Assembly: GCA_964016885.1 (NCBI GenBank)
Contig: OZ024756.1
Coordinates: forward strand, 31,062,001 to 31,126,000
DNA: 64,000 nucleotides
Source of the DNA: Eledone cirrhosa
Lineage: Eukaryota
Direction: 5' to 3'
The notes under the pieces are model-generated. The model did no database searches. It had not been told where the DNA came from and saw only the letters and a program-made list of their open reading frames with translations. The position numbers were made by a program, and so were the translations under genes. Position 1 is the first letter of the stretch, and every line of letters begins with the position of its first letter. This document shows positions 1 to 14,595 of the stretch, in pieces.

Positions 1-289
1 TACATATATATATACACACATACACACCTATATATACACACACACATACATCTGTGTTACACTACATTGCAATCCTTCTAATCTCTACAATTCTCTTAAT
101 ATTTCTATACCAATTTTGATACATTTGCCAAAATGGGAATTTGCAAAGTGTATTATGAGAATATAGCGATATAATTTAATAGGATTCAGCTGCATATTTC
201 ACATATCAATATTGGCTTCTTTCTTCATTCTTTCAATCGTATATTTTTCGTTTGTAGAGGGATTTTTTTTTTTTTTTTTTTTGTCTATT

Positions 290-628
290 TTTTTATTTAT
301 TGGTATGTTGGATTATTAGTTTGTCAGTTTTTGTTTGTTGTTGTTGGAGGGTTTAGTTGTTGTTTGGAGGGTTGGGTTTTGTTTTTGGTTTGTTGGTGCT
401 GTTATTAATATCTGCATTTTTATCATGCCTTTGAATTTTTTTTTTTTTTTTTCTTGGTTTATTGGTATGTTGTATTATTAGTTTGTCAGTTTTTGTTTAT
501 TGTTCGTGGTTTTATTGTTGTTGTTGTTGTTGGAGGGTTTTGTTGTTGTTGTTTGGAGGGTTGGGTTTTGTTTTTGTTTCTGGTTTGTTGGTGTTGTTAT
601 TAATATCTCTATTTTTGTCATGCCTTTG
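290..628. repeat. Imperfect tandem duplication (~170-190 bp unit) of GT-rich sequence
   Basis: ttattggtatgttg..attattagtttgtcagtttttgttt...ttattaatatct..tcatgcctttg occurs at ~297-433 and ~459-628. Confidence 0.8.
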
Positions 629-2056
629 CTTTTGGCACACTGAGATCTGTATATTATGAAGAGTTTAAAGAGTGAAAGGTGAATTGTGAGCTATAGGAAA
701 TGTTATCAAGCAACGCATTAGAGAGATGATTCTGAGTAGTGTAAACAAAAATAAAAAGACGAAAATAAAAGAAAAACAATACTAAGAAATGAAGCAGTCT
801 GTAAGTCTTTATATGCTTATTCTACATGAGAGATACAACAATCAAATCACCGTAAAATCACACATCCCTTTGACACCAAATTTGAAACCGCCTCTAGTTT
901 TAAGTTGTTTATTCTAAACTTTTCATGTCCAAAATAGCTGAACCGCCCCTGGTACTAACTATCATACGAAACTGTCAAAATATCGAAATTCATCTAAATC
1001 TAAAAAACCTTAGCTGTTTATTTGTTTATGTGTGTGAGAATGTTTAGTAAGTTGTGTTCCAAACACCAGCTTAATATTGAAAATGTTAGTAATATCACTA
1101 AGTAACTGCAAATCCTTGGTTGCTCTGTGCTGTAGAAATTTTACGAAGCACATTAGAGAAGTGCGAATGTTGTAAAAACCCATTTAGAAACAAGATAACC
1201 TCTAGCCCTTTATATATCTTTGTTTAACATGCTAGATACATCTACATTAAATTACACAACATACTGCCTGTAACTCTTTTGATACCATGCAGTCTAAAAA
1301 CCGCCCCTCATTCTATAATGTAAAACTCTTAAAAATAAAATATTATCGACATTTAAAAATAAACCGTCGGAGCGTCAAATGAAGATCTTAGTAAATTTAG
1401 TAAATTTGGAATGGGGAAAATAAATGTGAAAAAAGTAGCCTGCAGCCCTTAGAGAGATTCAATTCTCAGTAACGGCTACTGACCACTTTTTTCCGTCTAT
1501 AAAGGTACTTTAAATGATTTTCTATTCTAGTATTTATAGCAAGCAGCTGTGTGCGCAGTTATTTTTTGCGTTCAAGATTTTCTACATTTACTAAAAGGTT
1601 TATTTATATTTATCTAAAAAGAAAACTTTCCTCGTATTTTTCTGTAAAAATCTATATTAGTATATAGTACAGACTCCAGCTTAGTAGTGAAAAAATATGT
1701 TACATTACTGAATCCCTGTCTTTTCTTTATTAGTGTGAGATATCGCAATGTTATCAAGCACATAGGAATGAGACAAAAGATATCTCTCTACATGGTTGTT
1801 CACTATGCTAGATATAGCATTTAAATCTCCCTCAAATCTCACAGTCTCGTTCAATAAAGTAAAGAAACCGAGGATATAATACATCTGAACATTTTGAATA
1901 GATAATGTTGTTTGATCGCAGTTCTGCTTTTGATCTTGGATGATCTAAAGCTTAACAAGAAAAATAACAAAGTATATATGTATTCATGCATATCTGTGTA
2001 TATATGTATGTAAATATGTATGTATATATGTATACATATATGTATGTAACCGTGTA

Positions 2057-2103
<47 letters not shown>

Positions 2104-2144
2104 CAAAATATAAAACAATCAAATCTTAGTTTAATACATTTATT

Positions 2145-2191
2145 TGCTGACAATTGTTTCTTCCAGACAAATGTCTGGATTCATCGGAGCA
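2145..2191 (-). ncRNA. Type I hammerhead ribozyme motif, variant core CCGAUGA (family A1)
   Basis: Minus strand reads tgct CCGATGA atccagacatttgtctggaa GAAA caattg TC agca, then AATAAA. Stem I tgct/agca, stem II tccagaca/tgtctgga, palindromic stem III caattg, GUC site. (TA)n follows ~48 nt later. Confidence 0.7.
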
Positions 2192-2792
2192 TAGAGAATG
2201 TTTAAACAGGCAATTAAAATCCTAGTCTTCAGAACATTTATATAGATACATAACTATTGTCAGTGTCATTTAAAAGGATGTTATGCTACAGAAAACACAG
2301 TATAAGGAGCAATGGTGAAAAGTGAAATATTGAGCATATTATATATAAATATATTGTTTAAGGTAATACATGTGCAAAAGATACAATCAAAAAAAGATGT
2401 AAGATAAGATAGATAAAAGACATCATAGCATTGAAGAGCAGGTAATGTTAATGGTATATAATGCAAAAGTTAATAAAATTAATAAAGGCATGCATGAGGT
2501 AAGAGTTATATAATACATGAATCAAGCATATTTCATATAGAATGTTAAAGCATGTTAAAAGTGTTAGAAATGTGTAAAAAATGTTAAATGGCATGCAATG
2601 TGGTAGAGTAATATGTGGTCATAAAATGGATAGATGTTGAGTAAAGTATAATGCAAAACACGTAATTAAATTAAATATGTTATTGTCATTCAAGAATTTT
2701 TATGTATATATATACATATATATATATATTTCCCAAGGCTCTGATACAATCAACACCATAAACACAGAGCTGGCATATCTAAGAACTGACTA

Positions 2793-2848
2793 ACTGCCTG
2801 ATGAGGTCATAGCCACTCAATGGCTATCATTGAAATATATATAGCAGT
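2793..2848 (+). ncRNA. Type I hammerhead ribozyme motif (family A2)
   Basis: actgc CTGATGA ggtcatagccactcaatggctatcatt GAAA tatata TA gcagt, then aataaa. Stem I actgc/gcagt, stem II atagcc/ggctat, palindromic stem III. Homologous to 7259-7313. Confidence 0.85.
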
Positions 2849-2911
2849 AAATAAAGGATTATGAGTTCATGCAATTGACTTATGTTTCGTCACGATATAT
2901 ATATATATATA

Positions 2912-3021
2912 ATTATTGTCGCCTTTTTGCTTACATTAATTTCTCTATTTTCATTTATATATATATATATATATAAATGAAAATAGAGAAATTAATTTAA
3001 GCAAAGAGCCGCAAATAATTC
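2912..3021. repeat. Inverted repeat centred on a (TA)n tract
   Basis: ttgcttacattaatttctctattttcattta-(TA)n-taaatgaaaatagagaaattaatttaagcaa. The right arm continues as a dispersed repeat also found from 14592. Confidence 0.8.
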
Positions 3022-3064
3022 AGACATATAAGTGACTATAACATCAAGATGAAAAATATTTAAC

Positions 3065-3183
<119 letters not shown>

Positions 3184-3411
3184 TGTGTGTTAGTGTAACA
3201 TATTCGCTTAAAGTGCTTGTATTTTATGTAATACCTTGCCATACGGTACTCATATATGCATGATACATTTGCTTGTTCCATTCCTTTATATATGACTAAC
3301 GCATGTACTATCTCTCTAATTTAATTATTAGACTATTCTCTTGTATTATCTGTATTATCTGACGCATGTATTCCACCCTATGCTTTTAATTTTAATTTTA
3401 ATCTTACCCTA

Positions 3412-3475
3412 AGTTTGGAAGAAACAATTGTCAGCGATTAAATGTTTTAAACAGAACTTTGATACTTGTGTATTC

Positions 3476-3478
<3 letters not shown>
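3412..3478 (+). mobile_element. 5'-truncated family A1 copy (3' half of HHR plus downstream segment) ending in (TA)n
   Basis: tttggaa GAAA caattg TC agcgattaaatgttttaaac matches the reverse complement of 2101-2165. Confidence 0.65.
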
Positions 3479-3558
<80 letters not shown>

Positions 3559-3561
<3 letters not shown>

Positions 3562-3976
3562 GCTGGTGAGTTTTATTGTAGTACAATAAAGCAATGCAGA
3601 TATCGGATAAGAAGCACTCTACAGTTTGTAGGACTGGAGTATACATAATATATAAGAACAAAAGATGGTTAAAAGAGTTCCATGTATTTTATTATGCGCA
3701 TTTCAAAAACAAATATCATCATGCAATAATATTTGTGTTTTCATCAGATAAAACAGGAAGACATGATATGAAGGTTAAAAAACACTTGTGGATAGTGCAG
3801 TTTTAAATCAACATATATGTTGATTTAAAACTGCACTATCCACAAGTGTTTTTTAACCTTCATATCATGTCTTCCTGTTTTATCTGATGAAAACACAAAT
3901 ATTATTGCATGATGATATTTGTTTTTGAAATGCGCATAATAAAATACATGGAACTCTTTTAACCATCTTTTGTTCT

Positions 3977-3986
<10 letters not shown>
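3559..3986 (-). mobile_element. HHR-bearing fold-back element (family A3): 171-bp-arm palindrome 3645-3986 plus ~85 bp tail, (TA)n on both sides
   Basis: Palindrome centred on acatatatgt (3811-3820), no mismatch seen by eye. Tail 3559-3644 on one side only. Confidence 0.85.
3878..3944 (+). ncRNA. Type I hammerhead ribozyme motif (mirror copy on minus strand 3687-3753)
   Basis: ttttat CTGATGA aaacacaaatattattgcatgatgatatttgttttt GAAA tgcgca TA ataaaa. Stem I ttttat/ataaaa, long stem II, palindromic stem III tgcgca. Confidence 0.85.
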
Positions 3987-4024
<38 letters not shown>

Positions 4025-4124
4025 TGTTTATGAAGGGATGATTCTAGAGCTCTGAGTATCTTCGTCAAGCTTTTTAGCCAACTTTAGTAGGTGTGTGTGT
4101 CTGTGTGTGTATCTGTGTATTTGC

Positions 4125-4223
<99 letters not shown>

Positions 4224-4320
4224 GCAATCATCTTATGTATGAAACTGAAACTCAGTGTTCAGAAATAACACAAATGCTATGATTTTCATTTGAGTCTGTT
4301 TTTCCTTTCAGTATTTTATT

Positions 4321-4408
4321 ACTTTCATCCTTACTGGGTCGATAAAATGAAGTACCAGTAATGTACTGGGTAATTACTGGCCTTGTGCCAAAAGTAGAAA
4401 CAATTATT
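4321..4408 (+). mobile_element. SINE family 1, 3' fragment
   Basis: ctttcatccttactgggtcgataaaatgaagtaccagtaat...ggccttgtgccaaaagtagaaacaattatt. Confidence 0.8.
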
Positions 4409-4723
4409 TTATTATTATTTCTTTTTTTTTTTTTGTATCTCCCATCAAAAACTTCCAAAGAATTAATGATATTTCACACAAGAAAATCCATAAAAGAAGA
4501 CTTTGACTTACCGACAACACTAGAGTTGAAATAAGTCGTTAAATTGATACTCCATGTCATAAAAGTTACGACAACGTCGTTAAGCATTTACGCATATTTT
4601 CCAAAATGTGTTTTCCAATATTTCCCATCAAGCACCACCGTAAATAACACATATCTATCGATATAACTATTAATAGATCAATCCATTTTGTAGCTTAATG
4701 TGTTTATATCGATGCCCGTCTCC

Positions 4724-4821
<98 letters not shown>

Positions 4822-4882
4822 TTATATATTTACATATATATATATTTATATATTTACATATAGATATATTTTTATATATATA

Positions 4883-4964
<82 letters not shown>

Positions 4965-4985
4965 CATATAGATATATTTATATAC

Positions 4986-5033
<48 letters not shown>

Positions 5034-5060
5034 ATATATGTATATATATATATATGTATA

Positions 5061-5132
<72 letters not shown>

Positions 5133-5992
5133 AATATATATATATATATGTGTAGATATATAGATATATAGAGAGTGTATATATATAGATATATATATGT
5201 ATAGATATAGATAGATATATAGAGAGAGAGGTGGGGAGACAAGTAAATTGGAAAATACGGTATGTGTGCGATTGTGTCTATATGTGGGTGTATGGGTTTC
5301 TTGATGCCTGTATATGTTTTGTGTATGTGTGTGTGAGTGTGTATGTCTGTGCGTGCGTGCGTGTGTGTGTATGTGTGTGTGTGTGTGAGATAGAATGATA
5401 ATCATTTATTATTTATACATTTTTATGTTCAGATCTAGTGATATTATAATAGTAGTAGTGTATATACGGATTAGTAGTGTGTGTACGGATATATTTTCAG
5501 TATTATTTTAATTTACATTACATTTTGTGGAGTATAATTTCGTTAGTACCAGGTATCCAACGCGTAAATCACTGCTTTTCTGTATTTAAGCTTCTCTGAG
5601 TTACATAAGTAGAAATTGTTTCCGTAAAACGAACCAAACCAAACATAGCATGGTATTTGAATTCAAAATTCTCATTTAATTAGTTATCTTTAACCGATAC
5701 TTACATATTTTGCCGATATACGTCGACAAAAGCTACACACTCATATGTCTGTATATATATATAAAAATCTCAAAGAAAATGATGACTGTACGCAATTTTA
5801 AAGTAATTTGTCCCCAATGTAGTGAAGTTCCCAGTTTGTAAAAGAGAATCTATTGCGTTTATATATACTTTAAGATTGGAAGATATTTGAGGATCGGTAA
5901 CGAGAAACTGTGAGTAGTGACTCAAGAAGAGTAACTTAGCAACCTCTCTCCCTATCCCTTTCTTTCTGTATCCTTCTGTATCTTTATATATA

Positions 5993-6081
5993 TAACAGAT
6001 GAAAGTTTAAGCAAAGAATCGCTGCTTTCACCCTTAATGGGATCTTCGGCTTTTACTCTTCATTTTTATTATTATTACTAT
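5993..6081. mobile_element. (TA)n-embedded dispersed repeat family D (internally deleted copy)
   Basis: aacagatgaaagtttaagcaaagaatcgctgctttcacccttaa...cttcatttttattattattacta is shared with 17636-17760, 20152-20215 and 29281-29440. Confidence 0.7.
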
Positions 6082-6082
6082 G

Positions 6083-6235
<153 letters not shown>

Positions 6236-6452
6236 ATGTATATATATATTATATAATATATATATAATATATATATTATATATATATATGAATATATATA
6301 TATTATGTATATAATATATATGTATATTATATATATATAGTATATATATATATGTATATATATATTTATATATATATATATGTGCATATATATACATACA
6401 TACATACATACATACATACATACATACATACATACATACATACATACATACA

Positions 6453-6486
<34 letters not shown>

Positions 6487-6636
6487 GATACATATATATG
6501 TAATATTGCTTGTAACTCACGTTAACACCATTATGTTATTGCTTGTTTCATATCCTGAGGTGCATCCTTTTTTCAGTAATACTCAGACGATAATTCAACA
6601 TCAGATCTCTCAGCAATTCTCATGTTGTATCCCCGT

Positions 6637-6670
6637 CTAATGATATCCTCGGGATATGAAACTGTTAGGA
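6637..6670 (+). ncRNA. Degenerate HHR-like motif (CUAAUGA core, probably inactive)
   Basis: CTAATGA tatcc tcg ggatat GAAA ctgttag. Good stem II, but the core and cleavage triplet deviate. Lies between microsatellites. Confidence 0.35.
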
Positions 6671-6777
6671 GAGCACAACAATATAAGATTAATTATTATC
6701 AACATACTAACACACAAGATATTTGCCTCCGTCTACATAGATAAATCTCTTTTTCCGAATACATTATATATATATAA

Positions 6778-7496
<719 letters not shown>

Positions 7497-7499
<3 letters not shown>

Positions 7500-7878
7500 A
7501 AAGTTCTATTTAAAATTGTTGGGATACAACAAGTAAATATTTTATAACTGATATAAAGCACTCGACAAGTTTTTGGAGTAGATATACGATATTAATAAAT
7601 GGAAACTATATTTATAAAACCATATTTATTTCATTATACATATTTCAGGGATACCAAATTAAAATATGGTATGCCTTCATCAGACAAAATACAATATATA
7701 AACAGTTTTATAAATAATTTTGACGTACCCTATTAAATGCAACCATTATTATAAACTGTTTATATATTGTATTTTGTCTGATGAAGGCATACCATATTTT
7801 AATTTGGTATCCCTGAAATATGTATAATGAAATAAATATGGTTTTATAAAAATATAGTTTCCATTTATTAAAATCGTA

Positions 7879-7880
<2 letters not shown>
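7497..7880 (-). mobile_element. HHR-bearing fold-back element (family B): arms ~7583-7712/7750-7880 plus ~86 bp tail 7497-7582
   Basis: Inverted arms around a 37-bp spacer, (TA)n on both sides. Homologous to 47846-48304. Confidence 0.85.
7770..7834 (+). ncRNA. Type I hammerhead ribozyme motif (mirror copy on minus strand 7627-7691)
   Basis: tattttgt CTGATGA aggcataccatattttaatttggtatccct GAAA tatgta TA atgaaata. Confidence 0.85.
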
Positions 7881-7909
<29 letters not shown>

Positions 7910-7912
7910 ATA

Positions 7913-7986
<74 letters not shown>

Positions 7987-8069
7987 TGTGTGTCTGTAGA
8001 GATATATATACATTTACACATAAATATATATATATATGCATATATATACACTTGTGTGTGTGTGAATGC

Positions 8070-8125
<56 letters not shown>

Positions 8126-9228
8126 CAAAAAATATTATTTACAAGGCCAAAATCCGAAGTAGGTTGGAGCATACATATACGGATATACATATACATATAC
8201 GCATATAAATATACATATACATACACCCATCATCATTTCCTATCATTAGATCGTGTTTCGCTACTATTTCCGGCGCGCCTAACAGCTCGTTTTTACGTAT
8301 ATTTTCGTCATAGTGTTTATTCGTTTTACATAATATCTTTCATTCCAAGTATAAACCATACTTTCTTGTGAAACCACAGAATTCAATATATTTAAAATGG
8401 AATACATATGACATTATCGTGTAGAAATGTTTGTTAACCTAATTATTTTTTCACCTGAGTTTTAAAGTATATTTTATTATTTTCTTAATATATTTTTAAA
8501 TATATTTTTTAATAACTCTTAATTAAAGGCAACTGATCACGAAGCAATAATGTCGTTCTATTCACAACATGTTTCTTCTGTCAGTTATTTTCATGTTCAT
8601 TTTGTTTGAATTTTAATTTGCTTGTTAATATCATGTCTGAAATTGATTGCTTTTTTGTTAATCATGGAATATAATCAAGCGGTGAGCGAACAGGAACAGA
8701 GAAGTGTAATTTTGGTTTAGTGTAATAGAAGACGTTGGGTGTTTTAAGCTACATAATTAAATCAAACTATCATATTATTTCAGTTCACTTCATCTTACAG
8801 AGCAAAAGAAAACAAATATAGAGTTCTATGCACCTAATTGTGTTTCAACAGAAAAAATATAATTGAAAAACTATACATATAACTGGAGAAAAAATACGAT
8901 CTAATATAACAAAAACCATAATAACAGAAATTAATTTTACAATGTTAGTAGAAAAAAATTTACGACACCCTGGGTTGATTCCAAAAATAAACAAATTAAC
9001 ACTAGAAGTGGTTTGTTAATACACATGAGGCAATAATGGAAATAAATGCTAAAATATAAACAAGATAGTTAAAATGGCGGAGTTTGTTTTTAGCTATAAC
9101 CAGTCGTTGGTTGTGTAGTCATTGTTATTGCAATGGACAAAGACACTTAAACACAAATCACTGAATACAATCCAACTAAAATTAATGAATGTGATCTCTA
9201 CCATGTGTATATATATATATATATATGG

Positions 9229-9308
<80 letters not shown>

Positions 9309-9595
9309 CTGTGTCTGTGTCTGTATGTTTATTATGTATATATATATATTTATATATATATATATATGTGTGTATTTATATATATAATATATGTATATTA
9401 TATTATATTATATTATATTATATTATATATATATATATACATGTATATATATACATATATATATATGTGTGTGTATGTTATATGTATGTATTTTTAGTAT
9501 TTTTAATATATTAATGTTAATAACTATAAAAATGTTTATTATAGTTGTTGTTTTGGTTATTAATCACTAGTAGCAGTAGTAGTAGTAGTAGTAGC

Positions 9596-9666
<71 letters not shown>

Positions 9667-10016
9667 GAGGAGGAGGACAACAAAACCAGTTCTATATTTG
9701 AAACAAGGTCAATGAAGAGGATAACTGTACAAAGACCGGTTGCAAAAAATTTTGGATTATTTTCCATCAAGTGAGAAAGGAATCAACATAGCGTTAAAAA
9801 GACAAATTATAATGACGAAAATTAATGAAAGAATTACAAAAAAATAGTAATCAACAATTGAATTAATTAATGATTTCCAGATCACTTCATTTCTGTGTTG
9901 TGATTGGACAATATTAAGAAATTCACAAATTTGAAACGGTATATTACGTAATCTGGTTACCATTAAGCAAATCTTTAGCAAATTCATCATTTATATTTTT
10001 AATGTTTTATTCTCTT

Positions 10017-10238
10017 AGGTTGGTGGGTTGGCAGTATCGGTATTGGGACGGACGCTATGCTTTGCAACGTAGAGTTACACCCCTTTATGACCTGACTTCA
10101 AATCCTGCCCAGGTTAACATTGCCTTGCATCCATATGGGGTCGAAAAAATAAAGTACCAGTCACACACTGGGGTCGATTTAATCGACTTTCCGCTCCCCA
10201 AAAATTATTGGTCTTGTGCCTATGTAAGAAACCAATAT
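10017..10238 (+). mobile_element. SINE family 1 (tRNA-derived), diverged full-length copy
   Basis: ggtgggttggcagtatcggta (A-box-like), ttcaaatcc (B-box-like), gccttgcatcc..ggggtcga..aaataaagtaccag, tail ggtcttgtgcc..agaaac. Confidence 0.8.
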
Positions 10239-10685
10239 TTTATTCTCTTGTTTGGGGTTTTATTTTATTTTCGAGGTATATTTATTTAAACTGTATAGAT
10301 AAATATATTTCTAATATTTTTGTTTTTCTATAATCCGCGACATTTTAATGCGCAAGTCAAGACACGGAGTTCTAGGGGCTACATACAGTGGCCGTATTTT
10401 TCGTTGCGGTGAGAGGAATACCACACGGGTTTCTAACAATCAAACACCATCATTTCATAGATGCCCATATCTTGCCTGATGGCTCAGTAGCCGTGGTTAG
10501 TAGAGCTTCGTAGTTGCTCACATGTTGCCTGATTGCTTTTTTTCAATAGATAGGTCTTCGTAGTTTCCGATGTTACCTTTTTCTTCATTTACTGTCGTCT
10601 ACTGAGGCTAGGTCTTTATCGGTGTCGTCATATTTTTCTGTCTCTTTCCGTCAATTTCGTCTATTTGCGTCAGTTACCCTCTAGT

Positions 10686-10800
10686 ACTATCTATATATAT
10701 GTCTGTGTATGAATGTATTATGTTTTATCAGTAATACTCTGTATTACCATCTATATACATGCCTGTGTATGAATGTATGAGTGTTTCATCAGTAATACTA
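10686..10800. repeat. Tandem duplication of a ~60 bp unit
   Basis: atctatata.at(g/a)..tgtgtatgaatgtat...gttt.atcagtaatact occurs twice. Confidence 0.75.
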
Positions 10801-10845
10801 ACAAAGTGTGGTTCATGATAGGGCTATATATGCTATGTTTATGTA

Positions 10846-10952
10846 TAATTGTTTCTACTTTTGGCACAAGGCCAGTAATTACCCAGTGCATTACTGGTAC
10901 TTATTTTATAGACCCCGTAAGGATGAAATGCAAAGTTAACTTCGGCGGGATT
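10846..10952 (-). mobile_element. SINE family 1, 3' half
   Basis: ataattgtttctacttttggcacaaggcc...gaccccgtaaggatgaaatgcaaagttaacttcggcgggat. Confidence 0.85.
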
Positions 10953-11134
10953 ATATATGATAAACATAAGGGAGTGTTGCCATGAAGGTTTTAAGCTGTG
11001 ATCATGTCATATATATCTAGGTAGCGGCTGAGAATACCAGAAACCACATTCTAGATTCTTATTCTTCATTGGAGACTTTTATTCAATTGGTACTGAAACG
11101 AGAATATCCAATCGTCTCACCCTCTGCCCCCTCC

Positions 11135-11168
<34 letters not shown>

Positions 11169-11219
11169 CAATCTCTCTTTCTTTCTCTCTCTCTCTATAT
11201 ATATATGTGTGTGCGTGTG

Positions 11220-11259
<40 letters not shown>

Positions 11260-11318
11260 TATCATATATATATATATATACATATATATCATATATATAT
11301 ATACATATATATATATTT

Positions 11319-11414
<96 letters not shown>

Positions 11415-11416
11415 TT

Positions 11417-11510
<94 letters not shown>

Positions 11511-11910
11511 ATACAATCATTAGGAAATGATTGATGATATGTTTGCGAGCATATTCAGTATATTTTGTATATTGTCTGAAGTCTTACTTTAGCTAATGTC
11601 GTCATGAGTGTAGTTGGTTTACACACGGTGTTTGTTCAATGGATATACTTCGTCTCCGTTTCACCATATTTACACTTACTTATTAATGTCCATATCTGCG
11701 TTACTAAATCTTTTGCGTCTGTGAAAAATAAAAAAATATATATACATGTATTTATACATAATTTACCTATATATTTATATGTGTATGTATATTTGTATGT
11801 TTTCATGTATGTAGTTGTAGTTATATATATATAAGCTTTAACTATATATATATATATGTATATATATATATTTAAATATATATATAAATGTATATATGTA
11901 TATATGTATA

Positions 11911-12003
<93 letters not shown>

Positions 12004-12032
12004 AAATGTGGAGAGGAAGCACATGAGTTAGG

Positions 12033-12064
<32 letters not shown>

Positions 12065-12178
12065 ACAGGGAGAAAGAGACGATTATTAGGAAGAAAAATA
12101 TTCTTTCTCTCGTTTTTCTGGTTAGAAAATGATTAAAACGAAATGTTTTACTTTGTGTGAAGTGTTAAGATATTAGTT

Positions 12179-12260
<82 letters not shown>

Positions 12261-12768
12261 TTCAAGAGTAACCAATCATAAAGAGAGCGGTGGAGATAGG
12301 AGAGGAGATAGGAGAGGAGAAGAAAGATTGGTGAATTAGTTAGAAGCCAAAGCGTAAAGGCATGTGCTCAATGTGAAATATGCATTGGAAGTTACTTCCC
12401 CTGAAACCACCCTCTAAATAGTAAGGTAAATATGTCCATTGGCGGCCATCTTGTTACCCATAGGCAGATCTCACACAATGCAGCCTCGACAGAAGAATAC
12501 TGCTTGACTATGGCAGACAATAGATATACCCAGGACACCATAGCAAACAGCACGGACACTCTATCTCAAAATTATTTTTGAAAAACATTTAGAAATGCGC
12601 AACCGGTAAAAACTTAAAAACTTAAAACCACAACTGAATACTAACCCATACAATCACTAATACTCTTTTATTCCTAATTAAACCATTTTTCAACTGTGAA
12701 CAATTTGTCAGCATTTTCTATTCCGTTTACCAATATATAATAACTTGTGTGTTACACCTCTATTCTTT

Positions 12769-13008
<240 letters not shown>

Positions 13009-13024
13009 TTCCTCTTTAGAATTT

Positions 13025-13465
13025 GTTGTGTGGTGGTTATTGTGTGGAGGTTGTTGCGTGTTGGTTGTTGTGTGGTTGTTGCTGTGTTGAGGTTGCTGTG
13101 TGTTGGTTGTTGTGTGGAGCTTATTGTGTGTTGGCTGTTGTGTGGAGGTTGTTGTGTGGTGGTTGTTGTGTGGAGGTTGTTGTGTGGTGGTTGCTGTGTT
13201 GAGGTTGTTGTGTGTTGGTTGTTGTGTGGAGCTTATTGTGTGTTGGCTGTTGTGTGGAGGTTGTTGTGTGGAGGTTGTTGTGTGGTGGTTGTTGTGTGGT
13301 GGTTGCTGTGTTGAGGTTGCTGTGTTGAGGTTGCTGTGTGTTGGTTTTTGTGCGTTGTTTATTCTGTATTGCCTGATGTGTGTTGGCTGTTGTGTTGTGG
13401 TTGTTGTGTTGTGGTTGTGTGTTGTTTGTTATGTGGAGATTATTGTGTGGAGGTTGTTGTGTGGT
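13025..13465. repeat. GT-rich low-complexity minisatellite (gttgttgtgtggag)n
   Basis: Reiterated gttgttgtgtgg(a/t)g units. Confidence 0.9.
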
Positions 13466-14211
13466 TCTCTGTTGATTTTGATTTTAATTGTGGTTTCTTT
13501 TCAAGTAACATTTCAATAACAATAAAGATTAACCACGTCATAAACACAAATCTCTTAAAACTCCTATCTTTCCTCTTTAGAATTTTTTTTTTTTGTTTTC
13601 CATTGAAAGGAAAAAAATTAATTAAAGACGGTGGCTTGTCTATCGATTACGAGACGATGAATTATTTGTTGTTGTTTTTTACGTTGCTATATTTTGAAGT
13701 TGTTGTTTATGTTGTTGTATATACGGATGTTGTGCCCCAAGTCAGTTCTGTTTGAGCAAACATATGATTAAAGCAATGTTCTATTAGTCACTGCTCTCTA
13801 TCTAGGATCACATTATCTAATGTGTCTAATTGTTTTCTGAGACGGTAAGATATAATCTTAAAAATATATTTAGAATGTGAAGCAAGTATGGAAAAGAAAT
13901 CCACCACACCACCTCTAATGTTGGCTCAATTCATTTAAATTGTTTCTGCTGTTGTTGTTGTTTGAGGGGATTCGGAATTTTAAAAAAGCAAAGGAGATAA
14001 TTCTAAAAATATGAACATAATACAAGTCTTGACAAACAGTAGCAATGCAGTAATGAGATGATTATGTCTGGTATCCAGCTGATGAGAACCAAGGTCATGT
14101 TTCGTCTTTATTCAATCTCATTAGAGATGCATATTGAACCATAGTTATATTGACTCGGTAATGGTCTAGCTAAGTAGCTAAGATATAGTAAAAGTGAGAG
14201 AAGGAGTATTC

Positions 14212-14272
<61 letters not shown>

Positions 14273-14526
14273 TTATACACATATATATGCAGTATATATA
14301 TATTACATATATGGAGCCTTAACTTCTAATGACATCTTGACATACGGCTCTTACAATCACACCATCTTACAAGATGGTCAAAATCGAGACTTGAAACCGT
14401 AGATAGCGCTTTTTTTCCTTCTACGGACATAGATAAATAATATATCAGTTCTCATACCTGACTGACCACTGTTTGCCTTTTTTCCTCACAAACACATACA
14501 CATATATATATACACATATATATACT

Positions 14527-14595
<69 letters not shown>

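Noticed and set aside
3645-3986. Palindromes as pure assembly or chimera artefacts
   Set aside because: Disfavoured because independent copies share breakpoints, most have arm mismatches or spacers, and almost all contain HHR motifs. Not formally excluded without reads.
10330-10680. Relatively GC-richer segment, possible exon or retroelement remnant (likewise 19700-19900, 52990-53160, 60700-60880)
   Set aside because: No recognisable motif or sustained ORF; cannot be assigned without a homology search.
14079-14105. CTGATGA followed by a small hairpin
   Set aside because: No downstream GAAA or NUH, and no stem I.
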